Assembly: GCA_022449345.1 (NCBI GenBank)
Contig: JAKURL010000004.1
Span: 19,981-83,980, forward strand
Length of the DNA stretch: 64,000 bases
Source: Candidatus Thalassarchaeum sp.
GTDB lineage: Archaea; Thermoplasmatota; Poseidoniia; Poseidoniales; Thalassarchaeaceae
Direction of reading: 5' to 3'
The position numbers and the translations under genes were made by a program. Below, piece after piece: positions 56,099 to 64,000 of the stretch; the stretch's first letter is position 1, and every line of letters starts with the position of its first letter. Below the pieces are notes generated by a model. The model did no database searches and was not told the DNA's origin. It saw nothing but the letters and a program-made list of their open reading frames with translations.

Positions 56099-59080
56099 AT
56101 GATGATTCGAACAATGAACGCCTCAAACCGCCGCCGAACTCAGGTTGGACTTTTTCTCGTAATACTTATGCTATCCTCTGGGTGTATTGGAGCAGTAGAT
56201 GATATTGCTGAGGTAGACAATGAGCCAATTCCTGTAACGGCTTCAATCGATTTAGAAGGTTCACCTACCACAACTACAGATTATGTTACAGCAGTAATTG
56301 AAGTCACGGAGGGCGAGGGGCCATTCATTGTCTCTTGGACTCTAAATGGAAATCTTGTACAATCCAGTTCTAGCCTAAGGTACGACGCTGGATTCATGAC
56401 CGTTGGAACGCATCAACTAGATGCAAGAATCATCGATTCCAACGGTGGTGAAGTCGAGGCCGCAATCATCTTCACAATCGTCGAGGCAAACAGAGCACCA
56501 CACATCGACCTCACTCTTCCAAAGAATGGTATCGCTGGCCTACCAATCGCATGGGAGGTTAATGCTGAGGATCCCGATGGTGATGAGATTACCATCACAG
56601 TAGACTTTGCTGATGGCACTTCTACAAGGAGTCAATCTGGAAACCATATTTGGGCTCATCCAGGTCAATACATAGTTGTAGCAACTGCTGAGGATAGCGA
56701 TGGATTTGTTGCTTCTGTTCAAGAGGCAATACATATCGATAGAGCTGATGCTCCGCAATTATCTGTTGAGACAAATCCAAGTGGAGAGGGGAGAATTGCT
56801 CTGTACTTGAATACAGGAATAACCTTGGAAACAGATACCCACGATGAATTGGGTCCTGTAATTGTTAGAATCGACTATGGTGATGGCTACGTGATTGAAC
56901 CAGCCGATTCGGAAGAAGAGTATCTCTACTCCGAAGAAGGAGTCTACACGATTACCGTAACAGCCTTCGGACCAACAGGAGTCACCGCTCAGCGACTTAT
57001 CCATGTAGAGGTAGTATCGGTTTCCGATGATCTTGAGGCTGCTCAAATGCAAGAGGAGTTGGAAGGTGAAGCCGAACAACAGTTGGGGGAAGAGGTTGAG
57101 CAGGAACTCGACTCCGACGGCGACGGCACCGTGGATGATGTTACCAATGCTCAATCAGACGAAGAGTATGATTGGCGTTCCGACTTTGACCCCGACGGTG
57201 ATGGCTACTACGACGATGACCAAGAAGTGGACGACTGGGTCACAACTGACGAAGAGTCGGTACGAGACGATGTTGGTGATGAAGAGGAAACCGATTCCAT
57301 GCCAAATAGCCCTTTGATGTTAGAGAGCAACGTTAGAGAAGAGGGAGAAGAGCCGTCTGAGGACGAATTAGCACCTATACCTTCGGAATATGAGGCGAGG
57401 GCCGAGATAGTCGACCCTGTCTTCGATGAAGCATGGGGTGAAGTAGAAGATGCCTCGATGGAAGAAATGACCTATTCCCGTTCTATTTCCCAAGTAACTG
57501 CTACATGGTGGAATGACAGCTTCTGGGAGGATTGGGACAACGATGGTACTCCAGAGGTCCTCTGCCACAGAACCGTAGGGGTATACTGGTTCGACTCAGA
57601 CGGCATTCCAGGGCCAGAGCGCATTATCCTAGTTCGCAATATACAATGCTCACACGACCGCGACGGCGACGGACAGGACGACGTTTTCTATACTCAATTT
57701 AGGGGGATGGATCTAGTCGACCAAAACTCAGATGGTATTCCTGAGCGACACGATGTCCTGACGCGAACCGTTTGGACTTGGGACAATGGTAGTTACGAGG
57801 ATGTTAACATACACCTATTCGTACATGCTCGGACCGATGCGGACCAAGATGGAAATCTCGAGCGAAGAATCATTCTAGATCGAGACCGAAGGATGGTAGA
57901 CCAAGGTATCGGCTTGGTATTGACCGCGTACTATTCTCACTCTCGATACATACACCGAATTGATGCTAACGACGATGGCACACCCGAGCGCTGGTTGGCC
58001 ATAGACCACACCTCATGGGTTTGGGACCCTACAGAGGATGGCAACGCAGACCGACATCGTGACAATTTACGAGCTGTTGTAAAACGAGATACGAACTCAG
58101 ACGGAAATATCGATGTATCCCGCGCACTGCAACAGACCACCGCCGAGTTCGACAATGACTCGAACGGTGTAGTTGAACTTCAATGGACTTGGAGAGCCGG
58201 GGTGCATAAGGTCGACACAGATCACGATGGAGATTTAGACTACACAGCCCGTATGCGTGGCTGGCATCAGCACTGGGATTGGGGACTGATGGAGTACCAT
58301 ATCCATAGATTCTCGCTGACTCGGATGGTCGACGATGATGCAGACGGAATTTTGGAGTGGAAACATAAAACCATACACATGTCGAACGCTACAGATTGGG
58401 ACTTTGACCAACATCTAGAGCAGCGCGAATCGTATACAGCGACCCTAGTTTGGTGGGATGCAAACGAGGATGGATATGAGGAACATGTGTTCCGGAGAGT
58501 TAAGGAGACTTCGTATTTCGACCAACATGCTAACGGTTGGAACAACCAGAACGAGGAGATTCGTTCAATGGAGGTATGGCGAAACTCGTTGAGTCAACCC
58601 CGAGTAATTCGTGTAATGGTCGCTGAGTTGACTTCTTGGGACAACAACTCTGACGGCAATCCAGACACCTACTCATATCTGGCTAGGACTTGGCAGGCTA
58701 CTGACACCGACTTTGATGGATTCCTCGACCGAAGAGTGTTCCACCGCCATTACATGACAGCGAAGGATGATAATGCAGACGGAAATGTCAACTACGCCTT
58801 GAACTCAAACATCTGGCACGCGAGAAACTTATCGCTATCGTCGACCGGAACCATAGATACTCTACAGGAGGCATACCTCTCGCACAGGGTGTTCGAGTGG
58901 AACATCAACCAGCAGGGACATGCATATCACACCAATAGCACTTGGGTAGGAGTCCATGTCGATTATGTCGCCGGAACCTCTCAGGCCATCACCGTGACGG
59001 TCATTACAATTGATTCTGACCAAGATGGTAACCCTGAGTCACAGACCATCACCAGTGGGGGAAGCAACAACCCTCCGTGA
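56099..59080 (+). CDS. Large surface lipoprotein: PKD/Ig domains, acidic linker, about 20 tandem DxDxDG calcium-binding beta repeats
   Basis: RRR plus hydrophobic stretch plus lipobox SSGC (Cys29), PKD motifs (DPDGD..VDFADG, DYGDG..Y..EGVYTITV), ~21-aa periodic D-x-D/N-x-DG repeats. Confidence 0.8.
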   Translation: MMIRTMNASNRRRTQVGLFLVILMLSSGCIGAVDDIAEVDNEPIPVTASIDLEGSPTTTTDYVTAVIEVTEGEGPFIVSWTLNGNLVQSSSSLRYDAGFMTVGTHQLDARIIDSNGGEVEAAIIFTIVEANRAPHIDLTLPKNGIAGLPIAWEVNAEDPDGDEITITVDFADGTSTRSQSGNHIWAHPGQYIVVATAEDSDGFVASVQEAIHIDRADAPQLSVETNPSGEGRIALYLNTGITLETDTHDELGPVIVRIDYGDGYVIEPADSEEEYLYSEEGVYTITVTAFGPTGVTAQRLIHVEVVSVSDDLEAAQMQEELEGEAEQQLGEEVEQELDSDGDGTVDDVTNAQSDEEYDWRSDFDPDGDGYYDDDQEVDDWVTTDEESVRDDVGDEEETDSMPNSPLMLESNVREEGEEPSEDELAPIPSEYEARAEIVDPVFDEAWGEVEDASMEEMTYSRSISQVTATWWNDSFWEDWDNDGTPEVLCHRTVGVYWFDSDGIPGPERIILVRNIQCSHDRDGDGQDDVFYTQFRGMDLVDQNSDGIPERHDVLTRTVWTWDNGSYEDVNIHLFVHARTDADQDGNLERRIILDRDRRMVDQGIGLVLTAYYSHSRYIHRIDANDDGTPERWLAIDHTSWVWDPTEDGNADRHRDNLRAVVKRDTNSDGNIDVSRALQQTTAEFDNDSNGVVELQWTWRAGVHKVDTDHDGDLDYTARMRGWHQHWDWGLMEYHIHRFSLTRMVDDDADGILEWKHKTIHMSNATDWDFDQHLEQRESYTATLVWWDANEDGYEEHVFRRVKETSYFDQHANGWNNQNEEIRSMEVWRNSLSQPRVIRVMVAELTSWDNNSDGNPDTYSYLARTWQATDTDFDGFLDRRVFHRHYMTAKDDNADGNVNYALNSNIWHARNLSLSSTGTIDTLQEAYLSHRVFEWNINQQGHAYHTNSTWVGVHVDYVAGTSQAITVTVITIDSDQDGNPESQTITSGGSNNPP

Positions 59081-59119
59081 CGAATTGTTATGTGTAGGTC
59101 GTGGCTCGGGCAGCCATAC

Positions 59120-59197
59120 GCTCCTGTGGTGTAGTACGGTCCATCATTCCGGGTTTTCATCCCGGCGACCCGGGTTCAAATCCCGGCAGGAGCACCA
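59120..59197 (+). tRNA. tRNA-Glu(TTC)
   Basis: GCTCCTG...CCGGG TT TTC AT CCCGG...CCGGGTTCAAATCCCGG CAGGAGC A CCA. Confidence 0.95.
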
Positions 59198-59222
59198 ATA
59201 AGTTGCTCTGAATAGCCGGTGA

Positions 59223-59720
59223 TTATCGAGCAAGGCTCTCGACCATCGCATCAATTGTCTCTGGATTTGCTTCCTTGTTTCGACCAGATGTCAATGCCCT
59301 GCCCATAACATCTGCTCCAATGAATGAGAACATATGCCTCATTGCCATGATTACGTGAGCACCACCGCCGCCACTGTGAGTTGCTAGGCCCACCGGTTTA
59401 CCGGTACACATCTTTCTGAAGTTCTGCCAGTCGCGGGAAAGCCAAGCGATGGCGTTGTTGAGGGTGGGAGGCATCGAACCATTGTACTCAGGAGCAACTA
59501 CAATCCATGCATCTGCATTGATCATCTGTTGCGTAAGGTCAGAAACATCCACTGCTTGTTCGGGATCGGAAGAACGTGCTACTGTGAACATCGGCAAGTC
59601 CATTGCAGCTAAGTCTACAACATCTGCATGGTGTCCCTTGTCTCTTGCGACCCCTGCAAATCTCTCAGTCAATTCGAGGTTGGTTCCAGAGGTCGCGGTA
59701 ATCATCAGGAATTTCGCCAT
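59223..59720 (-). CDS. NADPH-dependent FMN reductase (flavodoxin-like)
   Basis: ADAWIVVAPEYNGSMPPTLNNAIAWLSR, GKPVGLATHSGG. Confidence 0.9.
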   Translation of the reverse strand: MAKFLMITATSGTNLELTERFAGVARDKGHHADVVDLAAMDLPMFTVARSSDPEQAVDVSDLTQQMINADAWIVVAPEYNGSMPPTLNNAIAWLSRDWQNFRKMCTGKPVGLATHSGGGGAHVIMAMRHMFSFIGADVMGRALTSGRNKEANPETIDAMVESLAR

Positions 59721-59769
59721 GGCAGGCCGAGGGGCTATCCATACTTCAACCGAATGAATGCAATTAGTC

Positions 59770-60219
59770 TCAATCTACTTCTACAATTGAGATAGAAATC
59801 CCTCTTTTTGCGGCTAAATCGATTACTATCCTTGTCCATTTACTGGTTGGTGAAGGCATGGCTAAAATATGCGACGCACCATTCAGTATCTTTTCAGTCA
59901 GCGTATTGGGGGCCTCAATCCTACCTCGGTCTACAAGACTTCGCGTGGAATCACCCCATTCCTCTGTAAAGACAGCAATCGGAATGGAATTATTGTCAGC
60001 CCAACGCTCGGCCATATAGTCAACACCGCTAGCACCACCTACGATGATCATGTCTGGATAGCCATTCTCATCTATCCAAGATTCCACCGCCTCCTCGAAA
60101 ATCATGAAGTCGTAGAACCTACTTGAGCCGACTATTGCCAGATTGATAATTTCGCCATCGAAGTTGAGATCTTGACTACCCAGCCGCTCCACTGTGTCCT
60201 GCCCAGACGCCCCTACCAT
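59770..60219 (-). CDS. SLOG-superfamily protein (YspA/DUF2493-like)
   Basis: AIVGSSRFYDF, IIVGGASGVD..AERWA, T..VI..A...GI. Confidence 0.7.
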   Translation of the reverse strand: MVGASGQDTVERLGSQDLNFDGEIINLAIVGSSRFYDFMIFEEAVESWIDENGYPDMIIVGGASGVDYMAERWADNNSIPIAVFTEEWGDSTRSLVDRGRIEAPNTLTEKILNGASHILAMPSPTSKWTRIVIDLAAKRGISISIVEVD

Positions 60220-60398
60220 AGCGGCCGGATGAGGGTATTAGACAATAAATGTCCGTAGGAAAGTTACGATTTCAGTTATTTTTCGCTTTTTTCTCCCTCA
60301 TCAGACGACTGACTTGTTATTTCGTTTGTCCGTTTGTTTCAATCCTCTGGGCGCTATTTGATATCGGACCGTCCTTTCGAAATCACTGAGGAGGGACT

Positions 60399-61625
60399 AT
60401 GGCTCTAGACATCGAGGCGATTCGCGCGAATTTCCCCATTCTAGACAGAGTCCTTCCAAACGGCAAGAAATTAGTCTATTTCGATAATGCCGCAACTTCA
60501 CAAAAACCTCAGGTCGTAATCGATGCTATGACGAGATATTACGAGGAATACAACTCCAATGCACATCGTGCTAACCATACATTAGCGGATGAAGCAACAA
60601 CAGCTCTGGAGGATGCCCGCAGCAAAATCTCTCGATACTTTGGAACCAGTCCTGAAAACATGATTTACACCAGTGGAGCAACTGAAGCAATCAACTTGGT
60701 CGCCTATGGTTGGGCTCGCTACAACCTCGAACGAGATGATGTGGTCGTAATTACTGAAATGGAGCACCACGCTGATATTGTACCTTGGCAGGAATTGAAC
60801 AAGGAGAAGGGTGTAGAAGTCCGATATGTACCCATAAATTCGCGAACATTCACCCTCGATATGGATGCCTTTGAAGTTGCACTCGAGGGTGCAAAACTGG
60901 TTTGTGTGGTTCACACAAGCAATGTTCTGGGAATTCGCAATCCTGTTGAAGAAATCATCGCGAAGTCACATGCTGTAGGCGCTCGTGTGCTTCTTGACTG
61001 CGCTCAAGGAGCGCCGCATGAGAGGCTCTTCTTCGATAACATGGGTGCTGATTTCGTTGCCATTTCTGCTCATAAAATGGCTGGCCCAACCGGCATAGGT
61101 TGTATTCTGGTAAAGTCCGATGCAATGACAGAAATGGGGCCATTCATGACAGGAGGCTCAATGATTAGACGAGTTTCAACAGAAGGCACTACTTTCCAAG
61201 AAGGCCATGCAATGTTTGAAACCGGAACGCCTCGAATTGCAGAAGCCATCGGATGGGGTGCTGCGGTAGAGTGGCTAAGCCAATTCGATATGCGGGAAGT
61301 TCATGCACATATCCATGATGTCGCTTCTTGGACAGCGGACCAAATGCTTGAGATTCCAGGAATTCGAATCTTTGGAGATCCAAACCATCCCGATTCGAGC
61401 GGGGCGGTATCTTTCCTGCACGATTCAATTCAATCTCAAGACCTAGCAATTCTACTAGATGAAGGTGGATTTGCAGTTAGAACAGGCCACCACTGTGCTC
61501 AACCCCTAATGGACGCACTCGGCGTACCTTCGACAAATCGTGCTTCATTCTGGATTTACAACACTCTCGATGAGGCGCAGGCTTTCGTTGAGCACCTGAG
61601 ATACGTCTGCGAGCGATTCGCTTGA
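60399..61625 (+). CDS. sufS: SufS-type cysteine desulfurase
   Basis: YFDNAATSQKP, SNAHR, MEHHAD.VPWQ, SAHKMAGPTG, RTGHHCAQP, RASF.IYN. Confidence 0.93.
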   Translation: MALDIEAIRANFPILDRVLPNGKKLVYFDNAATSQKPQVVIDAMTRYYEEYNSNAHRANHTLADEATTALEDARSKISRYFGTSPENMIYTSGATEAINLVAYGWARYNLERDDVVVITEMEHHADIVPWQELNKEKGVEVRYVPINSRTFTLDMDAFEVALEGAKLVCVVHTSNVLGIRNPVEEIIAKSHAVGARVLLDCAQGAPHERLFFDNMGADFVAISAHKMAGPTGIGCILVKSDAMTEMGPFMTGGSMIRRVSTEGTTFQEGHAMFETGTPRIAEAIGWGAAVEWLSQFDMREVHAHIHDVASWTADQMLEIPGIRIFGDPNHPDSSGAVSFLHDSIQSQDLAILLDEGGFAVRTGHHCAQPLMDALGVPSTNRASFWIYNTLDEAQAFVEHLRYVCERFA

Positions 61626-61677
61626 GGTCGGCGAATTCGCTCGTCATATTGAATAGAACCAATCGCGAGGGTGGTTC

Positions 61678-62103
61678 ATGGCGCAGAGACGATGGCCCGA
61701 GCATCTCGGCCCAGTTGTCGAGGAGTTTGAGGGCTGCTTCGATTCCATGGAGCGCTACGAGTTGCTGTTCGAGTACGCAAAGAAGCATCCAAGTCCACTA
61801 CCTCCAGAAGAATGGAATGACGCAAACCAAGTCCACGGCTGCCAATCGAGAGCTCATGTCGAATGTATCCGAGATGAATCTGGAAAATTCCTCATGCGTG
61901 GCGGTGCTGATGCTCAGATTGTTCAAGGCTTGATGTCAGTAACCGCGATGGCAGTGAATGGTATGAATCCAGAGGAGGTTTCCACGATGTCTCCCGATTA
62001 CGCCGATGCCATGGGAATTCGTAATTCTTTGACCCCAAGTCGAGCAAACGGGTTTTTGAATATGTTTGAGCGAGTCCGCTCTGAAGCCGAGAGGATGGTG
62101 TGA
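61678..62103 (+). CDS. sufE: SufE Fe-S sulfur acceptor
   Basis: ERYE.L, N.VHGCQS, DAQIVQGL, LTPSRANG. Confidence 0.92.
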   Translation: MAQRRWPEHLGPVVEEFEGCFDSMERYELLFEYAKKHPSPLPPEEWNDANQVHGCQSRAHVECIRDESGKFLMRGGADAQIVQGLMSVTAMAVNGMNPEEVSTMSPDYADAMGIRNSLTPSRANGFLNMFERVRSEAERMV

Positions 62104-62105
62104 TC

Positions 62106-62408
62106 ATGGTCGACGAGACAGCGATTCGTGAGTCTCTCGTCGATGTTGAAGACCCTGAGATGAAGATTTCAGTAATTGATTTAGGATTAATTTACAATGT
62201 CAGAATCGATGGCCAGCACGCTGAAATCGATATGACACTGACAAGTCCTGGATGTCCAGTTGCACCTGAATTGATGGCTGCAGTGCATCGTGCAGCGCTA
62301 ACTACAGAAGGAATAGACAGCGTTCATGTCAACCTAACCTTCTCTCCGCCTTGGGATCCGAAAATACACGCCACCGAAGATGGAAAGTTTGAGCTCGGTG
62401 TTTTCTGA
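62106..62408 (+). CDS. SufT/MIP18 (DUF59) Fe-S assembly protein
   Basis: V.DPE..ISVIDLGLIY, MTLTSPGCP, V.L.FSPPW. Confidence 0.9.
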   Translation: MVDETAIRESLVDVEDPEMKISVIDLGLIYNVRIDGQHAEIDMTLTSPGCPVAPELMAAVHRAALTTEGIDSVHVNLTFSPPWDPKIHATEDGKFELGVF

Positions 62409-62411
62409 TTC

Positions 62412-63287
62412 TCAACCCAATCGCATTTCTGCGGCTCTAACCGTGTTGCTAATCAACATTGAGATGGTCATCGGGCCTACTCCACCCGGAACTGGAGTCA
62501 TGTAACCGGCGACCTCCGATACGGAAGGGTCAACGTCTCCAGCAAGCCGACTTCCACTCTTTCGCGATTCGTCTACAATCCTATTGATTCCAACATCGAT
62601 TACCGTTGCACCCGACTTTATCCAATCAGCCTGAACGGTAGCCGGTCTTCCAATCGCTGCAACCACTAGATCAGCGCTGCGACAAATATCCGCGATGTCT
62701 TCGGTACGAGAATGGGCGATTGTTACCGTGGCATCGATCCCTTTCTGTGCCAGCAGGAGAGCTAGCGGCATTCCCACAATGCGCGAGCGGCCGATGATCA
62801 CGGCCTTCTTGCCTAGCAGGTCAATTTCGGCGTCTTTGATTATTTCCATAACGCCTGCAGGCGTGCAGGGAAGCAATCCATCTACCTGCCCCATCACCAA
62901 TCTTCCAAGATTGGTCGGATGAAAGCCATCGACATCCTTTGCTGGGTCGATAGCCTCTGTTATGGCTAACTCGTCAGTGCCAGCGGGAGTGGGGCTCTGG
63001 ATGAGTATTCCGTGGACTGAATCGTTTGCGTTCAGATCTGCCACAACCCGCATCAAATCTTCTTGAGATACATCGTTTGGGAGGTCGATACGCGTACTCT
63101 TGATTCCACATCTCTCACATGCGAGTTGTTTGTTTCTAACATATACATGACTTGCGGGGTTATCTCCAGCTAGTACCACAGCGAGGTGCGGCTCGACACC
63201 AGAATCCTTCAGTGCAGAAATCCGTTCAGGCAGCCGAGCCTCGATACGAAACGCAAGTGCCTTCCCATCTAGTATGACCGCGCTCAC
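62412..63287 (-). CDS. folD: Methylenetetrahydrofolate dehydrogenase/cyclohydrolase
   Basis: LDGKALA, AS.VYVRNK, KDVDGFH, PCTP.G, GRSRIVG.P, TPVPGGVGPMT. Confidence 0.96.
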   Translation of the reverse strand: MSAVILDGKALAFRIEARLPERISALKDSGVEPHLAVVLAGDNPASHVYVRNKQLACERCGIKSTRIDLPNDVSQEDLMRVVADLNANDSVHGILIQSPTPAGTDELAITEAIDPAKDVDGFHPTNLGRLVMGQVDGLLPCTPAGVMEIIKDAEIDLLGKKAVIIGRSRIVGMPLALLLAQKGIDATVTIAHSRTEDIADICRSADLVVAAIGRPATVQADWIKSGATVIDVGINRIVDESRKSGSRLAGDVDPSVSEVAGYMTPVPGGVGPMTISMLISNTVRAAEMRLG

Positions 63288-63363
63288 GAAGCAAGCCCCA
63301 AGAGCGTCGGCCTTGACCTTTTTCTGAGTGGCGGCCCGCTAAGGCCGGACCAATGGTAAATTT

Positions 63364-63440
63364 TGGAGCCCCAGGAGGGATTCGAACCCCCGGCCGTCTG
63401 ATTACAAATCAGATGCTCTACCAGTCTGAGCTACTGAGGC
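63364..63440 (-). tRNA. tRNA-Thr(TGT)
   Basis: Reverse complement GCCTCAG TAGCTCAG..GGTAGAGC TCTGA TT TGT AA TCAGA..GGGGGTTCGAATCCCTC CTGGGGC T CCA. Confidence 0.95.
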
Positions 63441-63581
63441 AGTACCCCCCGCTGACTGCGCTCGATTCTTGAACCCTGCACCTAGAAGGCTAGCCGAAAT
63501 AGGGCCAAGTTGAATGGCTATTAACCACTCCGAATATTGTTGACAACCGTGCCGAACTCAACATCCCACAGGAAATTGAAC

Positions 63582-63953
63582 ATGGTAATTGCCGCTTGGT
63601 CTTGCTTACTTCTTGGGGCAGGGATAGTTTTCGGTACAGCAGGAGATACCTTTGCCATCGCAATAGGCGCTCCTTTGTCTATTGCAGGTGCGATGTTGCT
63701 ACTATTCGGATTGGGTATGCCAGGGGGAGCATCAGTTGACCCAGAGGAATTAGCTGCATGGGCTCCAGACGCTGTGAAAATGCCCGATGCAGGACGGGCA
63801 ATGTATCGTGTCGATACTTCACTAGATCCTCCGATTAAGACCTCGATACTTTGTGGCAGATGTGGCCACTTAGAGTGGATTCAAGGAAGGAAACCAAGAG
63901 CCTATGATTGCATAGAATGCAATACCACCCTCTGGGTAGCAGAAGAGGAATGA
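63582..63953 (+). CDS. Hypothetical protein: two N-terminal TMs plus C-terminal Zn ribbon
   Basis: Two hydrophobic helices, CGRC...CIEC; start at ATG 63582. Confidence 0.65.
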   Translation: MVIAAWSCLLLGAGIVFGTAGDTFAIAIGAPLSIAGAMLLLFGLGMPGGASVDPEELAAWAPDAVKMPDAGRAMYRVDTSLDPPIKTSILCGRCGHLEWIQGRKPRAYDCIECNTTLWVAEEE

Positions 63954-64000
63954 GTGGGAATTTTCTAAGCAAGCATCAAAGCGAAGCGGCATCAGCGATA
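63950..64000 (+). CDS. 5' end of a CDS truncated by the window edge
   Basis: ATGA overlap with previous stop; MSGNFLSKHQSEAASAI is open to the edge. Confidence 0.4.
   Translation, partial: MSGNFLSKHQSEAASAI

Noticed and set aside
54987..59197. Genomic island integrated at tRNA-Glu
   Set aside because: No integrase and no duplicated tRNA 3' end seen; the genes lie on the 5' side of the tRNA

Overview
Gene-dense, mostly housekeeping archaeal chromosome segment. Archaeal markers include LonB, aIF2-alpha, Nop10, L44e/S27e/L40e/L37e, PolD small subunit, Nob1 and archaeal TyrS/AspRS. Acidic proteins and large membrane-anchored PKD/cadherin-like surface proteins point to Thermoplasmatota, most likely Marine Group II (Poseidoniales); this placement is inference. 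The window holds about 65 CDSs, four intron-less tRNAs (Ser-CGA, Val-TAC, Glu-TTC, Thr-TGT, all with encoded CCA) and a clear TPP riboswitch upstream of a sodium:solute symporter. I found no CRISPR, IS element, integrase or rRNA. The strongest candidate for an undescribed system is at 54927-59080. There, a membrane-anchored double winged-HTH regulator and a 993-aa lipoprotein are each preceded by a near-identical 25-bp motif (22/25) at nearly the same distance from the start codon. The lipoprotein's C-terminal half is about 20 tandem ~21-aa DxDxDG-turn/beta-strand repeats. Other oddities are a minimal SerK-like protein, a glycine-cleavage H-protein homolog lacking the lipoyl-lysine, a bacterial-type CCA enzyme and HMG-CoA synthase, a nuclease-OB-fold fusion, an unannotated zinc-ribbon microprotein with an in-frame TAG, and recurring non-canonical TT(G/C)AA promoter boxes. 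All family assignments come from motif recognition by eye; no searches were run.
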